From Takakia lepidozioides (taxonomy: Eukaryota > Plantae > Bryophyta): a DNA stretch of 64,000 nucleotides. The notes below the pieces were generated by a model, which saw nothing but the letters and a program-made list of their open reading frames with translations, did not search any database and was not told the DNA's origin. Shown in pieces: positions 1 through 10,436 of the stretch. The stretch spans positions 16,864,001-16,928,000 of the forward strand of contig CM060731.1 of assembly GCA_030704615.1 (NCBI GenBank), read 5' to 3'. Every line of letters begins with the position of its first letter. Position 1 is the first letter of the stretch. The position numbers were made by a program, and so were the translations under genes.

Positions 1-720
1 AATGACCATCTGATTTCTTTTTTCACCTCTTCTTCAATAAAAGAAACCTGAACAAGTTTGACAATGATAGAGCTTAACTTTTTTTTTCACCTCTTCTTCA
101 CAAACAAACCCTAAATAAGCATTCATGATGACCATCTGATTTTTTTTTCACCTTTTCTTCAATAACAGAATCCTAAACAAGTTTCACAAAGATAGCTCAA
201 TGTTTTTTTTTTACATGTTCTTCACAAAGAAACCCTAAATAAGCAATCACAATGACCATGTGTTTTTTTCCACCTCATCTTCAATAACACAAACCTGAAC
301 AAGTTCCACAATAAACCGCTCATTTTGTTACACATCTTCTTCACAAACAAAGCCTAAATAAGCTTGAAGATGACCATCTGTTTAATTTTCACCTCATCTA
401 CATTAACAAAAACCATTGTCTGTTTCACAATGAGGGGTCATATTTTGGGGCCTGTTCTTGCCCATCCTCATGATTTTAAACCTCTCCTGCAATATTTCAT
501 CCATCCATCATCCATCCACCATGGATGAAATACTGGAAACGTCAGATAGCTTGACAATGAGCATCCAAACTTTTCTTGCCTCTTGTTCATGCAAGAATCC
601 TTAAGTAAGATTCATGATGACTCACCCAGCCTTTTTTTTTCACCTCTTCTTCAATAAGAAAACCTCAGTAAGTTTCACAATGACCATTCCATTATTTCTA
701 TACCTCTTTTTTTAAGCGCT
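1..720. repeat. Degenerate ~60-bp tandem repeat (minisatellite) with an alternating ~120-bp dimer structure
   Basis: Recurring unit AATGACCATCTGATTTTTTTTCACCTCTTCTTCAATAA..AAACCTGAACAAGTTTCAC alternates with a ...CACAAACAAACCCTAAATAAGC variant. About 10 copies, interrupted at ~440-540. Confidence 0.8.
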
Positions 721-789
721 ATAACTGCTTCCACAACAATAGGACCCTCTCTAAACAGAGGACTCGGGTATGGGGCCTGCATCTTCCTC

Positions 790-863
790 CACTACACCCC
801 TGGGCTCACGCTTAGAGGGCAAAGCGTGAGCCGAGCTCCTGGGCTCACGCCGTAGCTGCACTC
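790..863 (-). mobile_element. Left terminus (reverse orientation) of the large Mutator-like element; the element body extends towards and beyond position 1
   Basis: Minus strand reads GAGTGCAGCTACGGCGTGAGCCCAGGAGC, matching the left end of the 4470 element (GAGGGCAGCTAAGCCGTGAGC). It shares GCTCCTGGGCTCAC subterminal repeats with 12027-12084. The flank 864-873 is the reverse complement of 12085-12094 (GTGGTGTCTA). Confidence 0.7.
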
Positions 864-1672
864 TAGACACCACTAGATTGTCAATTCATATATCATACAC
901 ACATCATGCATGAGACTCGCCTTTGGGAATGGAGTGCTACTGCATCTGGACTTCAACCTGGCTCTGGCTCACGGTTGACTGCAACATTCTAGGGAATCTG
1001 GAAGTTAGAGGCACTGAGCCTAGATCTTGGAAAGTCCATCCATCATTGCTTCTACATTGCGGCGACTCTGTATTAAGTGCCATAAGCAGACACATTATTT
1101 TTTGTCCCTGGTGTAGTGACAGGTTTATTTGTCTTGGTGCATGCTAGCGTAAGGCCCACCACACACATGAAAGTTGAAAGTCTGGATGGCTTCTTATATG
1201 TGACTGTTTGTGCATGATGTATCAGTTGGGGTAGGGAATAATTTTGTTCTTTTTTTTTGGGGGGGGGGGGCGGTGATGCTTGGCTCTTTGGAGGGGAAGA
1301 ATATGTCTGCACCTTCGGGCAGAGCAGACCCTCCCACCCCCTCAGTCTTGGACAATTTTTGCTAGATTGTGTTGCGGGAACACAAGGTGGGCAGATAGTT
1401 GATGATAGTTAGGAGCTTGCATCGGGTAGGAGGAGAGAAGCGGAGGACATGCTGTGTGAGAACCGAGTTTGAGGGACTCTAGCACAGAAAATGTGGGGGA
1501 AGATATGAACTGGCCTAAAAATTCCCAGTGGAGTCATTGCCAACTCCGGCAACCAACAGCTTGAGTTGGTAGTGATCAAAAATTTCACTGAAAGCTATAT
1601 TTTAGGTGAAATTCTTTGCATTTGCTTTAGGTGTTTTTTACCGGTGGCTTTGGGTGCTTCCGTGCTATACAT

Positions 1673-2096
1673 TAAAGTTATCCGTTAAGTGACCATCCCT
1701 TCCGCCCCCTGATACATCCCCACTATATCTCTCCTGGGCACTTTGCGTATCCGGGAAGTCTTGCAGATAGAGTACCAAAAGCAAAACTAGGGACGACAGC
1801 AGTGGGGCCCACACAAAAGGTGCGCACATATTCTCAGGAAGTCAACGTGGGCCCCGCCCCAGCCTCCTACCCGCTTCATTCCACGTCGCACCACGTACCT
1901 CGAGAGGAAAGCCAAAAAGCAAATGTAGGATGAAACTCGTTTTGCTCTTATTTTGATGTTATTTTGAGTTTGGTCATGTGTTTTTTTTCTTGTATTTTAA
2001 TCCCCTGCTCTTTTGACATTTATTGCACTTCAACCTCTCTTTTGGCCAAATTGGCCTAGCTCACCCTCCATCCCCTGGACTTAACGGATAACTTTA
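1673..2096. mobile_element. MITE with perfect 18-bp terminal inverted repeats (TIRs)
   Basis: TAAAGTTATCCGTTAAGT (1673-1690) and ACTTAACGGATAACTTTA (2079-2096). Interior is non-coding. The terminal TA could be a TSD. Confidence 0.65.
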
Positions 2097-2363
2097 TTAT
2101 TCACCATTGGAAATTCCATTCCACCCATAAATTCAATCCCCCAAAAACAGGTAAGGACCAATGTTGGACTGATATCACAAAATATGATACCAAACTGGTC
2201 TTGGTATCACAAGGCCCGTATTTCCCAAGACTGGTATGGTCGTATGGTCCTAGTATTGGAGTAAGGGGGCTGTGTAGGGTATAGGAGGGGTATTAACGTA
2301 AATTTGTGGCTGTATAGCAGTAGGGTATCAATACTTTCTTTTTTCCATCTCATATGGGGGAAG

Positions 2364-2555
2364 ATAAATATTGCTCGGGTAGTATATAGAATATTCAATA
2401 TATTCAAGAGCATACTCAATAACCTGAAAACAAAATTGACCAGGCTTCACACTGGATCACTAAATATTGCTTGGGTAGTATATAGAATATTCAATATATT
2501 CAAGAGAATACTCAATAACCTGAAAAAAAATTGACCAAGCTTCACACTGGATCAC
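2364..2555. repeat. Tandem duplication of a ~96-bp unit
   Basis: ATAAATATTGCT..GTAGTATATAGAATATTCAATATATTCAAGAG..CTTCACACTGGATCAC occurs twice head-to-tail (2364-2460, 2461-2555). Confidence 0.85.
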
Positions 2556-2629
2556 AATCACTACCGATATCACTATTATTATCACTACTACTATCATTAT
2601 CACTATCACTATCATCACTATCACTATTA
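2556..2629. repeat. (ATCACT)n-type microsatellite, continued at 6704-6752 on the far side of the Harbinger-like insertion
   Basis: CACTAT/TATCAC repeats flank both ends of the 2630-6700 element. Confidence 0.75.
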
Positions 2630-3179
2630 GGCCCCGGCCGCACCGGGCTGCTAACGGATGTTAGGTTAGTGCTAACTACTGCTGGCTTGAAAAATCCGCC
2701 CTGCTTGACAAATTTTAGCTCTAACTACTGCTATCTAATCTTAACCAATCCTTCGTAGTTTATGGCGACTTTAGCAGTAGTCCCCCCCCCTAGTGCTAAA
2801 TCTGAACTGGCGTGCCGTTTTTGGGCAGCTGCCTGCGCCATTCGCCTTCTCCTTCGCTCCTTCTCGGGGAGGCATGTGACGGCACCCCGAGGTGTGCTGC
2901 GGGACCGCTTCCAAGCATGAAAGCATGAACATTGACAGCAGCGAAATCTTGTCGGACATCTTTGTGTAGGGAGTAGAGAAAATGGTGGAAGTGGCAGGTG
3001 TTGCGGGGAAAGCAGCAAGGAGGCTTTTGTGTTTTGCTTTCCGTTGCACTCCTGCATCATCCCAATGCATGTCAGGTTGTTGTGGACAATGTGTCTGAAG
3101 CATCAAGTTGATATTGTCCAGGTGATATTGTCCCAGCAAGATTTTTTTCATTTGGGTTGTTGTCTTCTTTCTGGCACTT

Positions 3180-4258
3180 CTGGGCATGTGAGGATGCTAT
3201 GTGAGGCAGGGCAACTGAAAGAGGCTCTCCAGAATTGAAGCCATGAAGCATTTCAGCATATTCAGATACTTAGGTCTGTCTCTTGCATGAGTGCATCAAG
3301 ATGAAAAGCCTGGAATCCAGAAAGCATGTGCACACTCACATCATCCAGAGTGGATTCAAGCCAACTGTTTCCTATACAACACCTTTGTAAACATGTATGT
3401 TAAGTGTGGGAGCCTTGTGGATGCACACAAAGTGTTCCATAAAATGCCTGAACGCAGTTTGATCACGTGGAACATTACGATGGCAGGATTTAACAAGCAT
3501 GTGTGTGGTAAGAATGCCTTGGAGACATATGAGCAAATGATAGGGGAAGGTCTGAAGCCCAACATTTCGTTTGTGTTTGCAATGCATGTGTGAGTCTGGG
3601 AGTGCTGGAAAAAGGCAAAGAGGTCCTTGTGACATTATCAAATCGGGAACCGTACCAGATGGTATTCTAAGCACGGGCCTGATGGACATGTATGCCAAAT
3701 GCGACAGTATTGAGAATGCAAAGGGAGTGTTTGACAACATGGCTGAACGAGATGTGGTATCCTGGAATGCGATGATTGCAGGATACGCCCAACATGGTTG
3801 TGGGATGGAGGCTTTACGAGCAGATGAGGGGGGAATGGGTGAAGCCAAACCGGGTTATGTTCATTTGTGTTTGCAATGCGTGCGCAAGCCTGGCAGCCCT
3901 AGAAAAGGGCAAAGAGGTCCATGGAAACATCATCAAAGAAGGAATTGTACCAGATGTCATTCTGAATATTGCCCTGGTGGACATGTATGCCAAATGCGGC
4001 AGCATTGAGGATGCCAAGGTATTATTAAACAATATGGCTGAAACGAAGTGTGATTTCCTGGAGCGCAATGATCTCAGGATACGCCCAGCATGGTTGTCAT
4101 AGAGAGGCACTGCAACTATTAGAAACAATGCAAACGGAAGGCTTGATGCCGGATAGTATCATCTTCATATGTGTTCTCTCTGCCTGCAGCCATGTTGGCC
4201 TACTGGATGTAGGAAAACGATACTTTGATTGCCTGAGTCAAGATCATGGTGTCACTCT
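3180..4258 (+). pseudogene. PLS-class pentatricopeptide repeat (PPR) protein pseudogene, frameshifted
   Basis: PPR motifs spread across frames: GHVRMLCEAGQLKEAL; NTFVNMYVKCGSLVDAHKVFHKM; DMYAKCDSIENAKGVFDNMAERDVVSWNAMIAGYAQHG; ISWSAMISGYAQHG..FICVLSACSHVGLLDVGKRYF. Several frameshifts and stops, no introns. Confidence 0.9.
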
Positions 4259-4821
4259 AGTTCAACCATGTCAGTTACTTCCATCTAATTTTTTGTGTAT
4301 ACGTTTGATTCCCATCGCTTGGTCATGAGGCACTCAGCAGGCAAGCCTTCCCCAGTTCTCCAGAACAAATTACTCGTGTCTGTGACAAATGTCTGTGTAT
4401 TCCAACAGTCCAATTTTTACTTGGATATACTGGAGCTCCGCAAAATGAGAATGGACTCACATCATCCGTGAGGGCAGCTAAGCCGTGAGCAGAACCTGTG
4501 AGCAGATTCCTTAATGCGTGAGTAGATTACTGATGCGGACCCTAAAACCGAGGGAACAAGTGGGCCTATAGCCGTGGACGCGAACTCCACTGCAAGGACG
4601 CAATGTCCGTTTGATCGGATCAAAGACAGACATGCTCCATGACAACAATGTGGCACGAAAATGCGATGAAAAAGGTTTTGGATGAATGTATGTGGGATGA
4701 ACGCAAACGGGAATGGATGAACGCTGGATGATTATCAGATGAAAATTGCCCAGACGAGTAAACCATGGATGACTGCAACAACATGTATCATCAGGGATGA
4801 GCATGCGCAGGGAAGAAGGCA

Positions 4822-5350
4822 TTAAGCTGTCGTCAACGACAGCTTAACTCGCAGCCCATCTCAGCACATGTCAGCCCACGATAAAGCAGAGGGGGTTCAT
4901 TTTTGTGCAGGGAAGTAGGCCTAAAGGTGCCCTCAACGGTAGCTCAATTCCGAACATGGGCACATGACATTTCAACTCAGGGAGCACATGCATTACCGGT
5001 AAGTGAGTGTGTGGAGGGGCTGCAGATTAAGGTGTCGTCAACGACATCTTAATTCCCAGCCCTATGCCAACCTGAGAATTGAACCCAACAGGAAAAAAAA
5101 TAAAAATCCCCGAAAAGTGACAAATTAGATGTTATTGAAGAGGGAACACATGCCTTAGCCGTAAGCATGTGTGTGCAGGGGCTGGGGATTAAGGTATCAT
5201 CAACGATACCTTAATTCGCTGCCCTGTCCGAACATGAGAATTGAACCCAACAGATTTATTTATTATTTATTATTTATTTTTATATTTATATTTATTTTTT
5301 ATTTTTTTCCACGAATGTGTCAGATTAAGGTGTCGTCAACAACATCTTAA
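4822..5350. repeat. Array of 26-bp palindromes TTAAG(G/C)TGTCGT-CA-ACGACA(T/G)CTTAA
   Basis: Copies at 4822-4847, 4922-4947 (degenerate), 5027-5052, 5189-5214 and 5325-5350. Partly embedded in a ~160-bp tandem duplication. Confidence 0.85.
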
Positions 5351-5565
5351 TTTGGCTGGTCTTCTGGTGTGCTATTTGGGATGAATGGCATCGACAAATT
5401 GCTCGGACTACATAACTTACGATTCGTTGTCATGTCCTTCTTCCACGCGACCAGAAGTTTGCTCATTGGTTGACCCCAAGATGCATCGTTTTCATATTCA
5501 TCTTTGGTGCACTCATTTGGCATGCGGACTATATACGAAGTTTGCTCATTGGTGTATGAATGCAG

Positions 5566-5760
5566 GAGTCCCAAGACACCACGGTTTCTACCTTTCTTTG
5601 CCAACCCGGATTTTTTCCCAAGTCCTCCAACAAATTTTTATTTCCCATCTTATGCGGAGGCTGCGGCTACGGAATATTGTCTACAAGCATCTCCCCCTTC
5701 TGTGCTTCACAACAGATATAGTTTTCTGAAGAGCAGGGCTAGCGTCTTTGTAGACAGTTC
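5566..5760 (+). pseudogene. Remnant homologous to the last exon of the ParB-MTase gene
   Basis: After a TGCAG acceptor it reads FPSPPTNFYFPSYAE..ASPPSV, versus WSPPPNYVLPDYAE..LSPPPL at 11153-11300. Same intron phase. Confidence 0.55.
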
Positions 5761-6204
5761 TGCCTTCGTTTTGAACAATAGCTTCTGTAGCAGTGGATCT
5801 TCTTTGTCGGAATGTATCGCATGTTTTGGTAAGTTTATTTATGAAGCACCAGTTCACCTCTCTGACTTCTTTCCAATTGGGTAAGAGCCTCACTATCAAC
5901 CATCCATACCCCTCCTCAATCAATTCAACAATGTGGATTCATTGTTGCCAACATACTTTAGAATACACTGCACTATATTTATTTCATTCATCCATGTGTC
6001 ATTCGTAATACCAACATTCATCCTCCATTCATCCAAGCAGCATCTATACCCGAGCTTGTAATTCTGACCAGTCTGCGCAGTAAATAGGTGTTATAAGTCG
6101 AATAGGCGTCCGCGATTATGGGCGGCAAGATCCAGAAGCGTGAGCAGAATTCTGCTCACGGAATTTTCTGCTCACGGTTAAGCAATCCCCCATCACCCGT
6201 CAAC

Positions 6205-6420
6205 CCAGTGGAGCACAGGAACTCCTTGGTGAATCTTGATGCAAATAATGGGTTATGTACTCACACATATTGATATAGAAAGATTCCAATATCAAAATCT
6301 GTGTTGCAGGTGTGAATCTTTGCCTTTCACTGCCTTGGAGAAGCTCCACATAAACAGGACGACTATGCATAGTGCCACACATTCTCCTCTAATGATCAAA
6401 GAGAAAATTCGTGTGTGAAT
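6205..6420 (+). pseudogene. Degenerate E+/DYW-like C-terminal remnant of the PPR pseudogene
   Basis: MQIMGYVL resembles E+ MKxxGYVP. EKLHINRTTMHSATHSPLMIKEKIRV resembles DYW EKLAIAFGLxxTxxGTPIRIxKNLRV. It lies 3' of the nested insertion. Confidence 0.5.
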
Positions 6421-6752
6421 TCCCATGTGAAAATCCCTTGCAAAACATATGAGGAAGCAGCTCGAATGTGCTCCTGGCCTTTTGTATCGTCGTTGCTCCT
6501 TTGGCTATGGCGTAAAGGAAGGAGGCAAGGGAAAATGGCGAGAGGAAGTCGGGCAGGGGCAGGAACATTATGTACTGAAACATGTTAAGCTAAAACTTTG
6601 GTGCGGCAGGGATTGTGTTAATTGGAGCAGTAGTCACGAAAATAGGCCTGCTAAGCCGTTAGCAGGTGTTCTACGCTAGTAGCCCCGTGCGGCCAAGGTC
6701 TTACTATCATTATCATTATTACTATCACTATCAATATTACTATTACGATCAC

Positions 6753-6845
6753 TACAGTCGAACCTCTTTAATGGTTAACAGTGGGGAGTAGCAAAAAGTT
6801 AACTAGTAGAGATAATATAACCAGTATCCTTTATAGAGGTTGAGG
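6753..6845. mobile_element. Possible Tc1/mariner(pogo)-type MITE fragment
   Basis: TA-CAGTCGAACCTC start typical of pogo/Tigger-like TIRs. Only a partial counterpart (GAGGTTGA ~6836). Confidence 0.3.
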
Positions 6846-6953
6846 GCCCACTTACATCACCAATAGAAATGTAACTACTATCCAGTCTAGGTCATACTAA
6901 GTTATCTATGCAATGAACGTGATTTCATAGATGTCATGGAAGGTGTCCAAAAA

Positions 6954-9900
6954 TGAGTGCGCCACCGCACTCAATTCCGGTTGACAGGAAAGGAGGGTTA
7001 TGTATGTAGTTTTGGAGAACTGATGTTTGTCTGTTCTAATCCTTTGTCAGTCTCAAAAATGAGTGCGCCACCGCACTCAATTCTTGTAGGTGCCAGATCA
7101 GGGAAATGTAGCTGTGGAATGACGGAAACGCTGTAATTGTGGGAGGTGCAGGGGAAGAAAAGAAAAAGGATTGCAGCCTAAGAAGCAGCAGCAGCAGCAG
7201 CAGCAGGAGGCAGTGACTGAGAAGCCTGTTGAAGAAGACGATCATTTCTACGAAGAGCGAGCGGCAAAGGTCCTCGTGTACCAAAAGGTGAATTCCGCGC
7301 AGGTGATCAAGTCTATGCAAGTACCTGGAGGCAAGATTATGATCCCTCTCTGCCGCCTAATATCAATGACAATCGTTCGACCTGCCCTGACTGGGGATGT
7401 GTCCAAGTTGGAGCAAGATTTTAGTCACGGATACATAGAGGGGTCTCCAGTGTTTTACTTGTCCTTGTGCGATGCCAGTGGAAAGGAGGTCTTGGTGGAT
7501 GAGTCAATTGTGAAAAGCTGGAATCCAATATGGCGAGAAGTAAACGAGGAGTTCGAAGCCCAGATTTCGAGGAGACTGTCCACACAGGTGTTCTCCGGGA
7601 AAATGTTTCATATCTGGGATGGCAATCACCGCTTCATGGCCTGGATGAACGTCATAAACAAATATCACAGCATAGACGAGGACTGGCATTACCTTGTGGT
7701 GTCCATGGTGCTGGATCCGAAAGGAAACGTCACAACACTTCTGACGGCTACGCATGACATCAACAAGTAAGTTTAATGCTCACCCTTCATGCCATCAGAA
7801 CTCTCCGATTTGTTCTGTCTGTTTTGTATTTCCTGGTGAAGGAGGAAGTCATAGTGTTTGTGTGGGACTGAAGGGGAACCGAAAGTGCACACGTCACGAC
7901 GAATTTGGTCCACACTCTATTCAAGATACAGAAGGTGGGCCAAATGCCACTGGTCACCTTCAAAAACCTTATCAGTGCTGAGGCTTACAAGAAGTGCGAG
8001 ACCTCCAAATCTGCCGACACATGGTACAAGCTGACCAATGAGGCTTTCTGTGACTACATGTACGCTCTAAATTTTCCTTTCCTAGTTCTGTCTATTTATT
8101 CATTCAAAAAACCAGTTCACTAATACGTTGTATACTGGAATGTTCAGCAAGAGATTGCGGAGGCTGGAGAGAAAGGGAAAGCAGAGTACAATGCCAAAAA
8201 AGACCCAGGGGAGCGATCCTCAAAATGAGTGGAAGAATCTATGAACAAGGAGATGGAGGTGGCGAAGAGGCACTACATGAGCGCATTCGTAAAACACCTC
8301 AGAATAGCTGACCCTGCTTTTGGCCCAGTGTTCTTGAATCAGGTCAGGATCCACTGGAACGTGAACACCAAGCCCGAAATGATGCAGGAGAAGCTTCATC
8401 GCCTGTCCACTGTCGTAGTGGAGCCAGAGGTGAAAGTGAAATGGCTTGAGATTTGGCATGCCGACCCGACAGTGAAAGATAACCACTGCTTTCCGAAGAG
8501 TGAGAAGAACAAGGAAACAGGAGTCATAAAGCAATTCAGTGACCATGTTCTCGATATGTGGCTGCACAAAGCAACGTACTGGGCACAGGTTTTTTCCTCT
8601 CGCCTTTCCATTTCCATTGCAAAACTGCATTGCACCGGGAAAAGTCACTTACAGTTTTTAAAAATCTGTTCTCTGAATTGTAAATCTGTTCTTGCGCAGA
8701 TAGAGGCTCGGGCACAGCTAGTGCTGGAGAAGCAGCTGAATGATTACAAGATAACTATGACTCCACCGACGGATACTCTAGAAGACTATGTCCGCCAGTG
8801 GAAAGCAGCTTGCTTCGGCACTTGCTTCTTCAGGAGTTCGCCAAAGAGGGAGGCATCTCGCGCACTAACGACTTCGAGCAGTAGCATGGATCAGAACAGG
8901 CCATGAAGAGGGTTCTATACAGGTTCGTCTTGACACTCTTTTTCCACCCTTCGTTCCTGTCTCACGAAGTTTCGATGTCGTTGCAGCCCTGCTCTGTTGA
9001 ATACACAGTCCCAAAACTGTGTGCGCTGACGCACTCAGTAAATGGGTGGGCACTTCTGTGTTTCCCAAGCTTTCATTCTACATACGAACATCCGATCCTC
9101 TACTGAATCACACCTGCCCTGGCTTGTGAGTAGGGCCTGGGTGGACAGACCAAGAATTGAGTGCGCTCGCGCACACAGTCAAGGGGTCCTTAAACCGTTT
9201 TCTCACGCTTTCCCCATTTACTAACATTCCCTTTGTTTTGATTGTGTAGGTACATCAAGAACGTTCTCATTCCAGGCAAGAACCTGAGTCGACACCCGCA
9301 CTTTATTGACCTATGGTGTGACCCATCCAACGCTCAGACAATGTACACTGCAGGGATTTTGAAGGATTACGGGACCTCACATCTTCGAGACTGTTGCTGG
9401 TATATGGATATCCCACGGTCTAGATGCCCTTGGTCTGAGCTTGTGACCCAAAATCAAAACGACAATGTAGAGGCCTTGGCCCCTCTGACGGACAAGGAGT
9501 TGCATGAGAGAAACTTGAGGATATTGGCTGAGAAAGAGCCTCTTGCACAGAATACGCCAGTCAAGCCTAGAAATGACAAGGGGAAAGGGAAGGTAAAGGG
9601 GCAGAAAAACACTCCGAATGAGAATGAGAAGGAGTCCGTGGTGCAACCGGGGCTAGTGCAGACCCCACCCCCAGCCAGAAAGCCTGACCGAAAGAAGAAG
9701 GGTCTAAAAGAGCCCTACGATGCAATGGAGCACCCATCCAGAATCATTTTTCCGGGCATGTGTGAGCTAGTAAACGACGGGTTCCTGGCCATGATGGAGA
9801 CAAGGAAGTCAAGTTACAGTGGTGATTTTTCCAAAACGTGGGACAAGCTATGTGCTTTTCTCCAATCGGTAAGCAATTATCATGCATGTGTTTGAGTTTT

Positions 9901-10436
9901 GTTTTCTTTGTTTTATTTTTACTCGGATCAGAAATGTCGCTTATAAAACATCCTCCCCTTCTTACACGCTATATTGCTTGCAGGCATGGAGGGGGAAGGA
10001 ATCTTGGGTGAATGGTGCACATAAACCGTTTGCTTCGGAAATGGTTATTGTGGACATTCCGGACGGGCATCCAATCCTGGATCTGCCCAGTGACACGTGC
10101 CCAACATGGAACAAATTTGACGAGAGGTATTGGAGTTGGGTGTTTTCTTTTTGCAAGTTTTTCCTTTCCGATGCAGGGGTTCTTGTTATCATACAATCTG
10201 TCACGATGAGATGTTGTCGGGAGCTGGCAAGCTACTTGAAAGCCTCGGGGATGCGGATTATCAAGACCTGGAACTGTGTCAACAGCCTATATCTGACGAA
10301 GGGGGATTGCCCAGGGCAGAAGGTACGTTTCAAATACTTTATTTTTATGCCTTCTCTGTTGAAGTTGCACTGTACTGACTGTTATGAAGTCATGCTGTTC
10401 GCACTGCCGGAATTGAGTGCTTCAGCGCACTCAATT
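6954..10436. repeat. Five dispersed palindromes, consensus TGAGTGC-N6-GCACTCA
   Basis: Copies at 6954-6973, 7060-7079, 9018-9037 (1 mismatch), 9158-9177 (1 mismatch) and 10411-10436 (AATTGAGTGC-N6-GCACTCAATT). All lie upstream of, or in predicted introns of, the ParB-MTase gene. Confidence 0.8.

Larger units (their letters stand above)
4470..6190 (+). mobile_element. Non-autonomous Mutator-like element with 10-bp TSD, related to the large ParB-MTase element
   Basis: TSD CATCATCCGT (4460-4469) / CATCACCCGT (6191-6200). Ends GAGGGCAGCT...AGCAATCCCC. Inward-facing GTGAGC/GCTCAC subterminal repeats and GGATGA/TCATCC tracts. Internal palindrome array. Confidence 0.75.
2630..6700. mobile_element. 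Non-autonomous PIF/Harbinger-like TIR element carrying a PPR gene remnant (Pack-type)
   Basis: TIRs GGCCCCGGCCGCACCGGGCTGCTAACG and reverse-complemented GACCTTGGCCGCACGGGGCTACTAGCG (21/27 identical). TTA on both sides (2627-2629, 6701-6703). Same microsatellite on both flanks. No transposase seen. Confidence 0.7.

Noticed and set aside
790-800. CACTACA as a CACTA/EnSpm terminus
   Set aside because: No matching TAGTG end with a 3-bp TSD was found. The adjacent sequence is better explained as a Mutator-like end with a 10-bp TSD.
4822-5350. Regularly recurring palindromic repeats resembling a CRISPR array
   Set aside because: Spacers are 75-135 bp and partly duplicated, the context is a eukaryotic transposon, and there are no cas genes.
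8226-8906. In-frame TGA codons as recoding or U-to-C editing sites
   Set aside because: This is a nuclear, intron-containing locus. Simple TGG/CGA-to-TGA decay in a silenced transposon is more parsimonious.
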